In this document: one piece after another, positions 1 to 13,387 of the stretch | Layout: every line of letters starts with the position of its first letter | Numbering within the stretch: the first letter of the stretch is position 1 | Source of the DNA: the human T2T-CHM13v2.0 reference genome, Homo sapiens | Direction: 5' to 3' (one strand) | Assembly: GCF_009914755.1 (NCBI RefSeq) | Contig: NC_060931.1 | DNA: 64,000 nt | Position numbers and translations under genes: made by a program | Notes under the pieces: model-generated | The model's database searches: none | Seen by the model: only the letters and a program-made list of their open reading frames with translations | What the model was told of the DNA's origin: nothing

Positions 1-181
1 ATATTCCCTAATTTCTCTTGTTATAACTCATATAATTTGAATATGGACCCTACTGGAATAATCCTCTAATTGTTTTTATTTGCCTTACCTTTTTTTTCTA
101 TTTTTACCCAGTCCTTTTGTTTTAATTTCTGGGAATTTTCCTCAAGTTTACCCACATGTGTTTTTATTAATATTTTTAAAT

Positions 182-320
182 CAGGTGTGTGCCACCATGC
201 TCAGCTAATTTTTGCATTTTTTGTAGAGACAGGGTTTTACCATGTTTCCGGGCTGGTCATAAACTTCTGTGCTCAAGGGATCCACCCGCCGTAGCCTCCC
301 AAATTGCTGGGATTACATAG
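182..320 (-). mobile_element. Alu fragment (AluJ-like left arm plus linker)
   Basis: Antisense Alu motifs gccaccatgctcagctaattttt...gtagagacaggg...cctcccaaattgctgggattaca. Confidence 0.85.
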
Positions 321-608
321 CTTCTAATTCCTTTTTTTGGTATTTGTCATTATCTTCTTTTCCATTCTCTTTTTTCTTGTCAGTTTTTAATTTTCTATAA
401 TTTTCTTTACATTCACAGAAAGATTAAAAAATTTTAGCATTTATGTCAATGGATCTTTTTATTTGCTATTTTGGACTGCTATAAGATTGTTTATATTTAT
501 ATAATAGAATGTAAATTGTTCTTTTTTTCAGTGTTTGTGATGTTTTAGATAGAGCATGGATAAATATTTTAATTTTAATATTTATGACCTTATTTTAATG
601 GATGCTAA

Positions 609-974
609 TTTTTTTTTAATTTTATTATTATTATACTTGAAGTTTTAGGGTACATGTGCACAACGTGCAGGTTTGTTACATATGTATACATGTGCCATGT
701 TGGTGTGCTGCACCCATTAACTCGTCATTTAGCATTAGGTATATCTCCTAATGCTATCCCTCCCCCCTCCCCCCACCCCACAACAGTCCCCAGTGTGTGA
801 TGTTCCCCTTCCTGTGTCCAAGTGTTCTCATTGTTCGATTCCCACCTATGAGTGAGAACATGCAGTGTTTGATTTTTTGTCCTTGTGATAGTTTGCTGAG
901 AATGATGGTTTCCAGTTTCATCCATGTCCCTACAAAGGACATGAGCTCATCATTTTTTATGGCTGCATAGTATT
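609..974 (-). mobile_element. 5'-truncated L1PA (L1PA2-4-like) 3' end, about 365 bp, with TSD
   Basis: L1 3'UTR and ORF2 C-terminus in antisense; GAG (non-Ta) diagnostic in cctaatgctaaatgacgagttaatggg; TSD aatggat(g/a)ctaattt at about 597 and 975. Confidence 0.95.
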
Positions 975-1477
975 AATGGATACTAATTTTTATCTATTAC
1001 TTATTGCAAATGACTCTGGTTTATGTATACAACTATGATATACATTTTATTTTCTATATGGATTATAGTTAAACAGTCAGTTGGCTTAAAATTTAAAAAC
1101 TAAATAATAGTACATGCAGTTTGCTGATATGGCAAAATTCATTAAGGTGATTTGCAAATGATGATAACTTTAGAAACATATGAAAGCTTAGTTTTATAAA
1201 GAGATTCCTTTCCCTGAAAACAATTCCTCTTTCGTGAACATCTCTCTGTTCCTTGGACACTAATACTTTGTATACAAACAACCAAAGAAATAAATATCTG
1301 CTTCTCATGCTGTATAGCATGGTCATCTCAGTGGTAGAACTTATGGTGGTTAACACCGATATTAGCTGTTAAGCAATAAATAATTGCCAAATTGCTAACA
1401 CTTTGATGTAAATAAAATTACCAATCCTTTTTCAGTCTGATCGGCTATGAGCAAAGACATGTTAAAAACTGAACAGG

Positions 1478-1743
1478 CTTGAGAGGCCTAGGCAGGTGGA
1501 TCACTTGAGGCCAGGAGTTCAACACCAGCCTGGCCAATATCGCAAAACCCTGTCTTTACTAAAAAATACAAAAATTAGCCGGGTGTGACAGCTCAAGCTT
1601 GTAATCCCTGCTATTCAGGAGGCTGAGACTTGAGAATCACGTGAACCCGGGAGGTGGAGTTGCAATGAGCCAAGATCGCACTACAGCACTCTGGCCTGGG
1701 CAACAGAGCGAGACTCTGACTCAAAAAAAAAAAGAAAAAAAAA
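1478..1743 (+). mobile_element. Alu (AluS/J), 5'-truncated
   Basis: ggatcacttgaggccaggagttc...A-rich linker...gcaacagagcgagactc followed by a poly(A) tail. Confidence 0.93.
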
Positions 1744-3525
1744 TTAAAACTATAGGACATTTTACATAGAAAGAGGTACAACAGATCCAGATGAATATTC
1801 AGAGCAGATGAGCTGAAAGGAGAACAGAAGCCAGAGGTGCTTTGGGGTAATGATAGGAGTAGGAAAAGAGTTCATGAGTTGTCAGTGAAGATGATAAGAT
1901 GAACAATTAAAGAAAACATGAATAACCTTGGTTTGTTTCAAAATTTTTGCCAACATAAGTACTGTAAATAAATATTAATATTAATTCATACATCTTTCAA
2001 AAATGTATATTATGTGTTGTAGTCTTTAATTCTCTGGTATAGGTGAGTGAAAATGGCAATTATTGTAAATTATTAGTGCTTGTTTATCAAATGTATACAG
2101 CTCTCAGAAGTGCTTTTTTAGATACACATTTCTTCCCTGAAAATCTTTCAATTTGAAATAAATATTTATGATTCTTTCCAATCTTTTATATGACTTTCTA
2201 TAAACTCCCCTGTGATATTTCACCACTTACTTAGCAATAAATGAATTGCCCAACTTTATTTAAGACCAAGTTGATAACATAATTTAACCAATACATGTTG
2301 TGACAATTTTAAGACTTAAATTATTTAAGTGAAAGTAACAAAAGCAAAGAGCTAGAGAAAATTCTAATTAGGGAAAATGAGTGCCTGCAATTAAAGGTGA
2401 GCTCTCCATTCTCCATCATCTAAATTAATTACATCACCTGAAATGTATGGGATATATTTCTTTGGCTTTGAGAAACACCTTTTTTAGTTAGCATGTGTTC
2501 TTTGGACTATATATTATACCCAAATTTCTTTCATAGATTTTAATATTTATAATAAATAACCCAGGCAATGAAAATATTGTTTTTTTCAATTCAAATCTAC
2601 TAGCTTTGAAATATTGTCATTGGGAATTTAATTAAATATTCATACTTAGTATTAAACATTTATGGTACACAGTTTGCAACAATATTATTTAAACAGTATG
2701 ATACAAGTTTTTAATTAAAGCATTTGATCAAACTGTGATGTTTAAACAAATTAAAATACTCAAAATCTGAGTGTCATAACATCAGTGTTTTGAAGTCATG
2801 CATTTTTGCCCCTAAATGGCCTACTCATTACTGATATTTTCTAACTATTCCTACATGAAAAAAAAATGAACTTATTTAAAAACTGTAAATTCAATAGCAA
2901 AAGCTACATTTTAAAATTACAAAAATTAAAATTAAAACTAAAATTAAAATTGCAAAATTAATACAAATTAAGACAAAACATAAAATGTTTTAGTTGGACT
3001 AGGAAAAGGATGGTTCGTGCTTTTGCATTTTTACTTTCTAATGTCTGGTTTTAGCTAGATTCTACTAAGAATGTGAACAAATATAAAAACAAATTATTTG
3101 CTTAACTTATGAAAAAAGTTGATATTCCATTATTACAAGACAGTTCCAACATTACTAAATCAATGATGTAGCTAAAAGGGAATGAAAGACGATAAATACT
3201 TAAAGAGGCTTTATTTGGGTTTTAAGATAAATGTTGATTACTCTAAAAGGCTTACTTTTTGGCATTAGAAATGTATTCGCAATGATTTAAGTTGCAGTAA
3301 TATTTTCAGATGTGCTCAGTCTTATCATCGGGTGAAGAGAGAACCCATCTATTGTGTTTTGCTTTCGTATTCTATTTTAAATCCATTCCAATCAAGGTTT
3401 GTCATCATTATGCCATTGAAACTTCTTTTACAAGGAAACCAATGATCTTCACGTTATGAAATCCAACTGTCAATTCTCAATCCTCATATTATTTGGCTGT
3501 CAACCCCAACTCACATTAGTCACTC

Positions 3526-4039
3526 TACAATAGATTAAAAATAATCATAAATTCTTTTACACTCCTTTCAGTGAGAGTCAAGGTCTACAGACCCTCTCCT
3601 GTATGGTAGAGGACACATTACCAGTTTCTGGACCCAGATCTTAAGGCACAGGCAGTGTTTATGTCCTGTCTTAAAGTACACATTCATTGTCAAAGCCCTA
3701 AGCCAGTATGTAATAAGACTGATTATGCTGACTGTCCCTTTGGAGATGTCATTTATAGGTGCTTTGGTAGACAGTCCTAGTTGAGCTCAGCCTTCTAGAC
3801 ATCCCTGCTAGAAACCAGAAATGTGAAGGAAACTGCAATGGACCCTCCAAATTAGCCACCCACTAGCTGAATACCACTAAGGACCCCAGTCAATGTAATG
3901 AGGAGCAAAAAAACATCCTCTTGGTGCTTCCTACCTGAATTTCTGACACATAAAATAATGACATATTAATAAAATAATTGTTGTCTTAACTAGCTAAGTT
4001 TCAAGGTGGTTTTAGTCACACCAATCTGTACCTAGAACA
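3526..4039 (+). mobile_element. MaLR LTR (MLT1F/G/H-like)
   Basis: MLT1-type 3' end: aataaaataattgttgtcttaactagctaagtttcaaggtggtt...agaaca. Confidence 0.7.
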
Positions 4040-4463
4040 CACAGTCTCCTTCTTATTCTAACTTTTTCACATTGTTTCCTGGACAGTGACATTTTCTTGG
4101 TTTTCTTCCCACCTCATTGCAACTTAATTTTTGTTTCTTTGATGGTCATTTCTTTGCTGATTCACTCACTCTTTAATGCTCATATCACTAGACTCAGTCT
4201 TTGACCCTCTTTTCTTTCTATCTGTCTTCCAATTTTTTGATGATCTGATGTAGTTTCACAGTTTTAAATGTCATCCGTGTGCTAATGAGTACCAAATGAG
4301 ATGGTATGAGATATGAGATATTAAGACTCTCATATCTAACTGCCTAGTCAACCTTCCATTAGCATTTCCTGTAGACAAAATCAAGCTAATTATTTCTCAA
4401 ACTTAACTGCAAATCTTCCCTCAAAATTCTGTTTCCTACCAGTATCCCTCATTTCAGTGACCA

Positions 4464-4578
4464 TAGGACAACCATATAATTTGTCATTTAAACTAGTTGC
4501 TTTCAAAGTAAAAGGCATACTATATTAGATTACAGGCACAAATTGGGATGGAGGAAACTGGGATGTAGGGTTAACCTG
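4464..4578. mobile_element. MER81-like hAT-Blackjack MITE
   Basis: taggacaaccatataatttgtc...gggatgtagggttaacctg resembles MER81 termini. Confidence 0.6.
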
Positions 4579-5029
4579 GAAATCCATGGTTCAATGTTCA
4601 GATAAAAAACAAACAAACAACTTGGAGTCACTTCTGACTTTTTCTTTCTCTTACAAACACCACTTAATCCTTCCCCAACTATTATAGTCACGCTTTTGTG
4701 CAAAAGCCTGTCTCCCAATTTTACTCACACTCAGAGCCAATGTCTTAATACAAGCTACAATACAATTCCTGTGCTGGCTCCCTCACATCTCTTCTATATT
4801 TTTAACTTTTCTTCCCCTCACTCAGGCTGTTCTAGCTATACTGGCCTCTTTGCCTTAGGGCCTTTGCAGTGGCTGTTCCTTTTGCCTAAATTATCTTCTA
4901 GTTATTATCTAGACTTGCTCTCTGAACTTCTTTTTGTTGCTTCAGTGTCATCTCAACGAGGGCTATCCTGAGCATGCTTTTAAAATTGCATTAGTCCCCC
5001 AGCACCCCACCTGACATTCCTGATCACCT

Positions 5030-5453
5030 TGTAACATTATCAAAAGACAAAATTACAACAAGTTTAGTGATAGATTTAATGTGTTTTTATTCATGAATCA
5101 CAAATGGGAGCAGCCTCTATTCTACAAAATTGAATAAGATCAACCAAAGGGCGAGGCAGAACAGTCAGTTTTGTAGGGTGGAAACAAGAAAAACGAGTAA
5201 AAAAGAGTGATCAGTTAACATCAGGTTCGTTCAAGTTAATTTTTTTAAAAGGTGAAAGTAGAGGGGTCTTCCTTATTGCACTAATTCAGGTAGGCTGGAA
5301 TCCTGTTTTTAGGAAAAACAGGTCTGTTTTAGGATCTATCGGCTTCCTTAAAGTTTGATCATGTGGCATTTAGTAAGAATGACACCATTTTGGTTTCATC
5401 TGTTCTGTTGAGTCCTAGAGCAGGAACTCAGTCGAAAACAATGGACCTACAAC
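5030..5453 (-). mobile_element. ERV1 MER4-group solo LTR (MER65/MER31/MER67-like)
   Basis: Antisense gacaccattttggtttcatctg...cctagagcaggaactcagtcgaaaacaatgg matches the 5' end of this LTR group. Confidence 0.65.
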
Positions 5454-6443
5454 ATGCTACATAATTTATTTATTGGTTTTGTTTTATTTTATCAGTTATT
5501 ATTAATAAATGTATGTTCTGGATTTTTCCCCAGTACATTTCAAGTGCCTAATGTGGTGCCTCACATAGAGCTGATGCTAAATTTATTTATACATAAATGA
5601 ATACATGAATGAGCATATTTTATAAATTTTGTATATGGCCATAGGAATTGCATGGATCAACTCTAAAGTATAGCAACGAAGAGAGTCATGCAATTATTAT
5701 AGGATTCTTTAATTTTTGAGCCAACATTATTAGTATGTTTTTCTCATGTAATGTTTTGATATGTGTAAATGTTATGTACATATGAAGCAACATTTGTATT
5801 TTCTTTCAGATAGCTATTTTATGGTTTTTTATGATCTTATTCTCTATGTCTGAAATTATTATTAATGCGTAGAGAGACTTGCTCTACCTAAGAGATAATA
5901 TGCAATCTGTTACATTATGCTTCCAGCTTGACAGTTTTGTCAGCTCTGAGATTTGCAGTCCTGTACACATTTTGGTTTCTTTAAATGATACATTCAACCA
6001 TTTTTGTCTTTACTCTTTCATATAAAAACTTAAAAATAATTGTCTTAAATGTAAATCATTTTTAAAAATATAAAACTGCTATATCTTTGAAACAAAACCC
6101 TAGGTCTTATTTTGATGTGGGTGTGAATAAATATTGTATTGATCTCTTCCAGCCTGATGAATCTGTAATATGCTCTTATCCCAGCAACTGTTATCACTTT
6201 ATAACAGATTGACTATCATATAAATTGGGTAATTTCTTAGTCATGATTTTAAATGTAATATTTTCTGAAAATCCTGGGTAATCTTGGGTATAAACTGGAT
6301 AATTTCTTAGTCATCATTTAAAATGTAATCTTTTCTTGGATCTGATTAAAATGTACTTCAGTCAGATATTTATTGTGTGAAAAGAAAACTAATTTAAAAA
6401 GGGACATTTACAGATAATTTATAAAAGGGGCAAGTAAGGAGGA

Positions 6444-6807
6444 TGATTTGGTTTGGCTCTGTGTCCCCACACAAATCCCATGTTGAATTGTAATCCCCAT
6501 GTGTCATGGGAGGGGCCTGGTGGGAGGTGATTGAGTCACGGGGCAGACTGCCCCCTTGCTGTTCTTGTGATAGAGTTCTCATGAGATCTGGTTGTTTGTT
6601 AAGTGTGTGACACTTCCTCCTTTTCTCTCTTTCTCCTGCTGCCTTATGAAGTCATGCCTTGCTTCCCAACTGTATCTTCTGCCACGATTGTACATTTTCT
6701 GAGGTCTCCTCAGCCATGTGGTACTGTGAGTCAATTAAACCTCTTTTCTTCTTGAATTACCCAGACTCAGGTAGTTCTTTCTAGCAATGTGAGAACAAAC
6801 TAATAAA
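6444..6807 (+). mobile_element. MaLR solo LTR (THE1D/MSTA-like) with perfect 5-bp TSD GAGGA
   Basis: tgatttggtttggctctgtgtcccca...gagtcaattaaacctctttt...ctaataaa; GAGGA at 6439-6443 and 6808-6812. Confidence 0.9.
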
Positions 6808-7381
6808 GAGGATTTCACAATTGCTTTCTGGTAATCCACTTTCTACTTATTTAAAATAAATAGAATTCATAAAATTTATTTTTTGGTGTAGTATGATTTT
6901 AGAAGACTCCTGAATAGTTGTTAAAATAATGAATAAATAATGTGTCTATTTTTTCTTATGATGTTGTCATTGGTTGTTTCAGGTACATATATTAAGAAAT
7001 AAAATAATTCATTATTTTTATTTTAGAACAGACAAGTAGACAACTCTGACCCCTTAAATTAGGTGAATTGTGTATATTTTTCCTCTGATACTAATCCATG
7101 CTAACTTTTTCAAATGGAATTGATATAGCTGGCTTTCTGATGTCCCTCTAACTAAACTATAAACACTCAAATATATAGTCATTGAATACACTTAAAGAGT
7201 AAATACATTGATTCATCTACTGCAGGTGCTCAAAATTATTATGTGACTCATAGTGTTTTATAATTCATATGTGGTAAACCATTAAAAAATATTTGACATA
7301 ATGCCAAAAACCTAACAGAAAACACCGCACACATAAATAGATATACAGTCCAAATTTCCCCAAGATATGCTGAATGTGATA

Positions 7382-8048
7382 TGAAAGACCAAAATAGATG
7401 CCCCGTTACCAACTAAGACAGGTCTTATGGTTAAGAAAACTCAAGTTACCTATAGGTCGAGGGTTCAGGTCTCGGCTGGCATGATAACTTCCTAAATTCC
7501 TATAACTACAAGAAAAAAAAGCTTTCTTGCTAAACTCTCTAACAACAGAAGCTATCAGATACCCCCAACTCTGACTTAGAACCCAGACTACTAAAACTCC
7601 GATTGGACAGAGGACCTGCCTTGCGCTCTTTTCTGATAAGCAACTGCAGACCTTAAGCCTGTTCAGTCAGCTTATAGAGACTGTGCACAAACTGTCTTTG
7701 TGTCCTGTAGTTCACCTTTCGATGTAAAGAGCCAAATTCCACCCCACTGTAATGCTAAAACCCCACCCCTAGGTGAACGACGGATGTTTATGTTACATAT
7801 ATGTTTGCACATTTGCAGGACCCCGTCATAAATATGTATAGCTTTCCCCCAAGCATGCTGAATATGTATGACTTTATTGTCTGATACAGGCCCTGTGAGG
7901 CATAAAACCCAATCTGCCCTTTCCCTCTTCAAAGAGGAAACACCTTCAGCCCATGGTGGAGACTTTCTTTTCCCAGATTGCAAACTATTATCACCAACAA
8001 AGCTCTCCTTTCTACCATTTAGCCATCCTGGTGGTCTTTTGGACAACA
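7382..8048 (+). mobile_element. ERV1 solo LTR (MER39-like)
   Basis: tgaaagaccaaaatagatgcccc...gttacctataggtcgagggttcagg...gccatcctggtggtcttttggacaaca; TG...CA ends. Confidence 0.8.
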
Positions 8049-8059
8049 TGAGTGATGGA

Positions 8060-8392
8060 AGCCTTATACAAAAGAGCACAAACTGAATGATTCTAATTAG
8101 AGGTAGTTTTATAACAGGCAAAATTAATCTATGGTGGTAGAAAATCAGAATAGTGTTTGTGTACTACGAAGTGCAGGCAAAGATGGAGTGGGAAGGGGCA
8201 TGAGGGAACTTATCCAATGAATGGCTATGTTTAAAAGCTATTTATATTACATAGTTGTATGCATTTGTCAAAACTTGTAGAAGGATATAATTAACATTTG
8301 TGCATTTAATTGTATATAAATTTTACCTAAAGAAGAACTATAAACAAACATTGAAAATTTTAGTTAACAACATGCATGCTAAACTGTTTATG
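8060..8392 (+). mobile_element. Old L1M (L1MD/ME-like) 3' region
   Basis: acaggcaaaattaatctatggtggtagaaaatcagaatagtg...gcatttgtcaaaact...tgtatataaattttacc. Confidence 0.7.
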
Positions 8393-8396
8393 CTGT

Positions 8397-8944
8397 CGTG
8401 ATAGTTCATTTTATGTGTCAACTTGACTGGATTAAGTAATACATAGAGAGCTGATAAAGCAGTATTTTTGGGTGTGTCTGTGAGGGTGTTTCCAGAGGAG
8501 ATTAGCATGTTAGTCATGGGTGGGGAAGATTGCTCTCAATGTGGCCATTCATTCAGCTGGGGGCTTGGATAGATCAAGAAGGCAAAGAAAAGGCAAAAAT
8601 TCTTGTCTGTCTCTTCTGGAGCTGGACGTACTTCTTTTGTCCATGGACATCAGAACTCCAGCCTCTCTGGCCTTTGGGCTCCGGGACTTGGACCAGTGGC
8701 CCCCTGTGCTCTCATGTCTTTAACCTCAGACTGAGAGTTATACCATTGGCTTTCCAGGTTCTGAGGCTTGTGACTTGAACTGAGCCACAACTGGCATCTG
8801 GGTCTCCAGCTTGCAGATGGTCTAGAGTGGGAACTTCTCAGCCTCCATAATCACATGAGCTAATTCTTCTTATAAATTCCCTCTCTCTCTCTCTCTTTCC
8901 GAATCCCATTTTTTTGGTCCCTCTGGAGAATCTTGACTAATGCA
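8397..8944 (+). mobile_element. ERVL LTR (MLT2B-like)
   Basis: gtgatagttcattttatgtgtcaacttgactgg...ccctctggagaatcttgactaatgca. Confidence 0.85.
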
Positions 8945-9557
8945 GGTGTTTACTGTAACCTTTTTTAAACTGATATAAATGTTTGTAAATTTTTATAATG
9001 AAAAAGAAAAATATTCCTGAGAAAGTGTGGATATTAATATTTCAAATTGTTTTCTCAAAGATTTTTTAGTGAAATTATGCTTTCCTTATTTTAAATATTT
9101 GCAAAATCATATTATTAAAGATTGTAGAAAATTCTATATAAGAGTAGAATCTGATTATATAATTTCAGTTTAGTTATATTTTATATTGAGCTTCTTTAAT
9201 CTCAATTTGTTAAGCAAATTGATTTGGGATCTTGACTAACATAAAAGACAAATTTTTTAGCGGGGGGCAATAAATTGCTACAGAGAAAAAATAATTATAT
9301 TTCTAAAAAAGTTATATTTGTGGCTTCTTTATGCCAGAATACCACTGTTAACATATACATTCCTAAAATTTGGTATCTTGAACAAAGTATTTTATAGAAT
9401 CCATGATTTTCATGTAAGTAGCTGGCTTACAAGTAGAATTCTACTGAATCTCAGGTAAATATTTGCATACCAATTATGTAAATAGAAAACACTAAATACG
9501 AATTTGTTCTGACAGGTCTGACTTGATGCCTTGGCCGCAGTCAAAAAGAATGCACTC

Positions 9558-9915
<358 letters not shown>

Positions 9916-9992
9916 TTATAATTAACTAATCATTTTCCTTTAGAGCGGAAGCAACATGAACATCAGTAAACTAATGAGTGGGCCTAGGATGA

Positions 9993-10290
9993 GGAGATGG
10001 TCAATTTTATGTGTCAACTTGGTTAGGCTATGGTGTCCAGTTGTCCGGTCAAATATCAGTCTAGATGTTGTTATGAAAGTATTTTTTAAGGCATGATTAA
10101 CATTTAAATCAGTAGACTTTCTGAGTAAAGCAGATTACACTCCATAATGTCTGTGGGCCTCATCCAATCAGTTGAAGGCTTTAAGAGAAAAGACTGAGGC
10201 CACTAGGAGGGAGGAATTCTGCCTCTAGACTGTCTTTGTTTTCAAGACTGCAACATAAACTCTTGTTGCAATGTTGGACTTGCAAAATTG
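9993..10290 (+). mobile_element. ERVL LTR (MLT2C/D-like), 3'-truncated
   Basis: gatggtcaattttatgtgtcaacttggttaggctatgg...gggcctcatccaatcagttgaagg. Confidence 0.8.
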
Positions 10291-10297
10291 GTTGGAA

Positions 10298-10777
10298 TTT
10301 TTAAATTTTTTTTTTATTTTTTGTAAAAAATAAAAACAAAAACAAAAAAACAGGATAGATGTGCAGAATGTGCAGGTTTGTTCTGTAGGTATACGTGTGC
10401 CATGGTGGTTTCTTATACCTGTTGACCTGTCCTCTAAGTTCCCTCCCTTCACCCCCTACTCCTCCAACAGGCCCTGGTGTGTGTTGTTCCCCTCTCTGCG
10501 TCCATGTTTTCTCAATATTCAACTCCCATTTATGAGTGAGAACATGTGGTATTTGGCTTTCTGTTCCTATGTTAGTTTGCTGAGGATGATGGCTTCCAGC
10601 TTCATCCATGTCCCTGCAAAGGATGTGATCTCATTCCTTTTTATGGCTGCATAGTAGTATTCCATGATGTATATGTACCGCAATTTGTTTATCCAGTCTA
10701 TCACTAATGGACATTTGGGTTGATTCTTTCCTATTGTAAATAGTGCTGCAATAAATATACGTGTGCATGTGTCTTTT
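10298..10777 (-). mobile_element. 5'-truncated L1PA (L1PA8-11-like) 3' end
   Basis: Antisense L1 3'UTR and ORF2 C-terminus (ORF track TCTRIFIAALFTI...AGTWMKLEAIILSKLT). Confidence 0.92.
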
Positions 10778-11044
10778 TCTCTCATCCCTTTTTCTATTAT
10801 CACAACTCTGCTTTTGACTTCCGTCAGCTTTCACCTAGGTTATTGTAGTAGTCATTCTTCCTCTGCCTTTATTCTAGGCTTAAGTTTATCCTCACAGAGC
10901 AATGTTGTTTCTCTTATTACTCAGACCTTAGTCACTTTTCTTTTACTACTTATCAGCAGTATTCTATTTCTATATCCTATGAAGTAGAAATCTTTAGTAT
11001 GTAATTTTCAACTGAACTAGAAGATAATTTTACCAATTTGTGTT

Positions 11045-11310
11045 CTAAGTGGCAGCCTAGCATAGAATTAAAGGATGTGGGCTTTGGAATAAGGAAAGAA
11101 TTTCAATGCTGGCTTTCACTTTTTTACCTCATCTAAATTAACTGGGTAGGATTCATAATTTCTCTGTTTCAATTTTCTCATCTCTAAAATACAGATAACA
11201 AAAGTCTCTGTACCTCATGCTGTTGAGAGATCTACATTAGGTAATGAGATAGTGAATATAAGGTGCTTATTTCCTATAGTTCTTGAAACAAGTAAGCATT
11301 CAAGAAAGGC
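11045..11310 (+). mobile_element. MIR SINE
   Basis: MIR core tctctgtttcaattttctcatctctaaaat...tacctcatg. Confidence 0.65.
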
Positions 11311-12096
11311 CAGCCGTGATTAAGTTAAATGTATTATTTAATTGGAAATACAGAAAAGGGTTTAACATTATAGAGTATTTCAACTTTGACCAATTTAAAT
11401 GTGTGCTTTTATAAGAAGCAACTTCCTTAAGTATGGACATTTACCTTTCTTTGTAACATCTTTAGATGAACAAATATCTGAAATGTTTTCCCTATAAACT
11501 GATTTTCAAATGACTTGTAACTCACTTCTAATATTCTTACTAGTAACAATAGACTTTAAAAGGTGAAAATGTGTAGTGAATAATTATACTTACTTCTGGT
11601 TGAGTCATCCAACAAAACACTAGGTAATTTTATTTATTGCGATGACTTAATAATCAGAAAATATGTCTTTGACTTCTGGTTATCATTACATTTATTGAGC
11701 ATGGACTTTTAAGTAGTTGTTTGAGGACAGTATTTGCATTTATAAAAGGTGATTTTGGTCCTTTTCATGTAAAGTTCATTTAGGTACACAATATGCATAT
11801 AGTTATATGGTTATAAAAATGTCTAAAAAACTGTTTTGAAAAAAAATCATGGCAATATTCCCTCCCTTCTGTTCCTGAATTTTATTCATTTAGAAACATC
11901 AGAATTAAATAACATTGGGTATTAATGTTAGTTAAGAATAATGTTCAAAAATAGGGATAAAATTTATGAAATTAAGTCTGGAACACTTTTATGTAACAGA
12001 AAATGCATTTACATTTAGAATTTTGTTACTTGATGTCAAAAATTCTTTTAATTTGACAATGCTATGAAAAACTAGGTGATTCCAAAAAGTAAAATA

Positions 12097-12450
12097 CAGT
12101 TGTCCCTCTGTATTCATGAGGTATCAGTTCCGTAACTCAGCCTAGGTACCAAAATCCATAGATGGTCAAATTCCTTACATAAAATGGTGCAGTATTTTCA
12201 AAAAACCTATGCATATCCTCCCAGATACTTTAAATCATCCTTAGATTATTTATGATACCTAATAAAATGTAAATGTTGTGTAAATAGTTGTTATGCTGTA
12301 TTGTTTAGGGAATAATGACAAGAAAAAAAAAAGTCTGTGCATGTCCAGTACAGATGCAACCATCCTTTTTTTTTTTTTTTTCCACATATTTTTGATCTGC
12401 CATTGCTTGAATACATGGATGTGGAAACCGGGGATACAGAAAGTCAACTG
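12097..12450. mobile_element. MER2 (TcMar-Tigger) non-autonomous DNA transposon
   Basis: Degenerate TIRs cagttgtccctctgtattc / ggatacagaaagtcaactg, about 350 bp, MER2 internal sequence, TA at left flank. Confidence 0.88.
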
Positions 12451-13199
12451 AATCCAGTATTCTATAATTAAATATTGGTTTGTTGTGGATTCATATTTTA
12501 AGAAAATTACACTTAGTTTTCTAAAGTGTGCTAACAGCAGTAAGTCACTAATGTGTTATAGTTTTTTAATTGCTCTGTATTATTAAAATAAACCAAGTTT
12601 ATTCATGAACAAACTTCATCTCAATATTCAATTATTTATAGTAAATGAAAATACATTTTAAAATATGTTGATAGTATAGTTATAAATAAGAGTACACTAA
12701 GAGTTGCTAATAAATGTTAATTTAAATCTTATCTCTGACATCTCAGATTATTTCATCTGGTTAGCAATTCTGACCTTGTAAAAGCTTTCCAGCTATAAAG
12801 TTATTCGCCACTTTATTCTATTACTTGCTGTCCTTAAGGTCTTTCATAAGTGATGGTTCTGTGTTCTACATAGTACCTAAATTTCATGTTAATTATATTC
12901 ATCATAAGAAAGTAGATTATCCACAATTTGATGGAGAATTATCTTTCACTTGAGAACAATATCCATAAGCTTTATGTACATTAAGTTAATTCAGAATCAT
13001 GTGGTAAGAGGAATTTTTGTTACATTTCATACTTGTCTCTTTGTATCTCAGAGTGATTTATCAAAGATCACAGCAGCCAAGCTACTTAAAATGTTTATTA
13101 TATTTATATGATACCAGACATTTTACTAGAAGAAAGATCATTTGTGGGTTATTTTTTATTCCCTTGAAAAATGAGAGTAGTGCACCTTTTCATAAATAG

Positions 13200-13245
13200 T
13201 AGGTTGGTGCAAAAGTAATTGTGGTTTTTGCCATTACTTTCAATA
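13200..13245. mobile_element. Half MADE1 (Hsmar1 MITE), one TIR
   Basis: taggttggtgcaaaagtaattgtggtttttgccattactttcaat matches the left half of MADE1. Confidence 0.85.
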
Positions 13246-13387
13246 TTTTATTTACTTATTTTTTAATATTTTTAGCGTGAAAAATCACCAAACTTATAAG
13301 TTAAGAATTTCTAAGCAGTGGAAAACATCAATAAGTTACATTCTATATTTTAATACGGGGATAAAATTATGATAAGTAACTACTGTT

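Larger units (their letters stand above)
3365..5612 (+). mobile_element. Fragmented L2 LINE, interrupted by MLT1, MER81 and an ERV1 LTR
   Basis: L2-like segments at about 3365-3525, 4040-4463, 4630-5030, and an L2 3' end with taaatgaatacatgaatga at about 5590-5612. Confidence 0.7.

Noticed and set aside
725-942. ORFs resembling the L1 ORF2 C-terminus (also 10301-10834)
   Set aside because: Remnants of truncated L1 copies, not genes
7027-7062. 36-nt exon-like segment (ttttag...AG|gtgaat)
   Set aside because: Stop codons in all three frames and a weak donor
7672-8121. Longest ORF (149 aa, minus strand)
   Set aside because: Lies mostly antisense within a MER39-like LTR, has a non-ATG start and no recognisable domain
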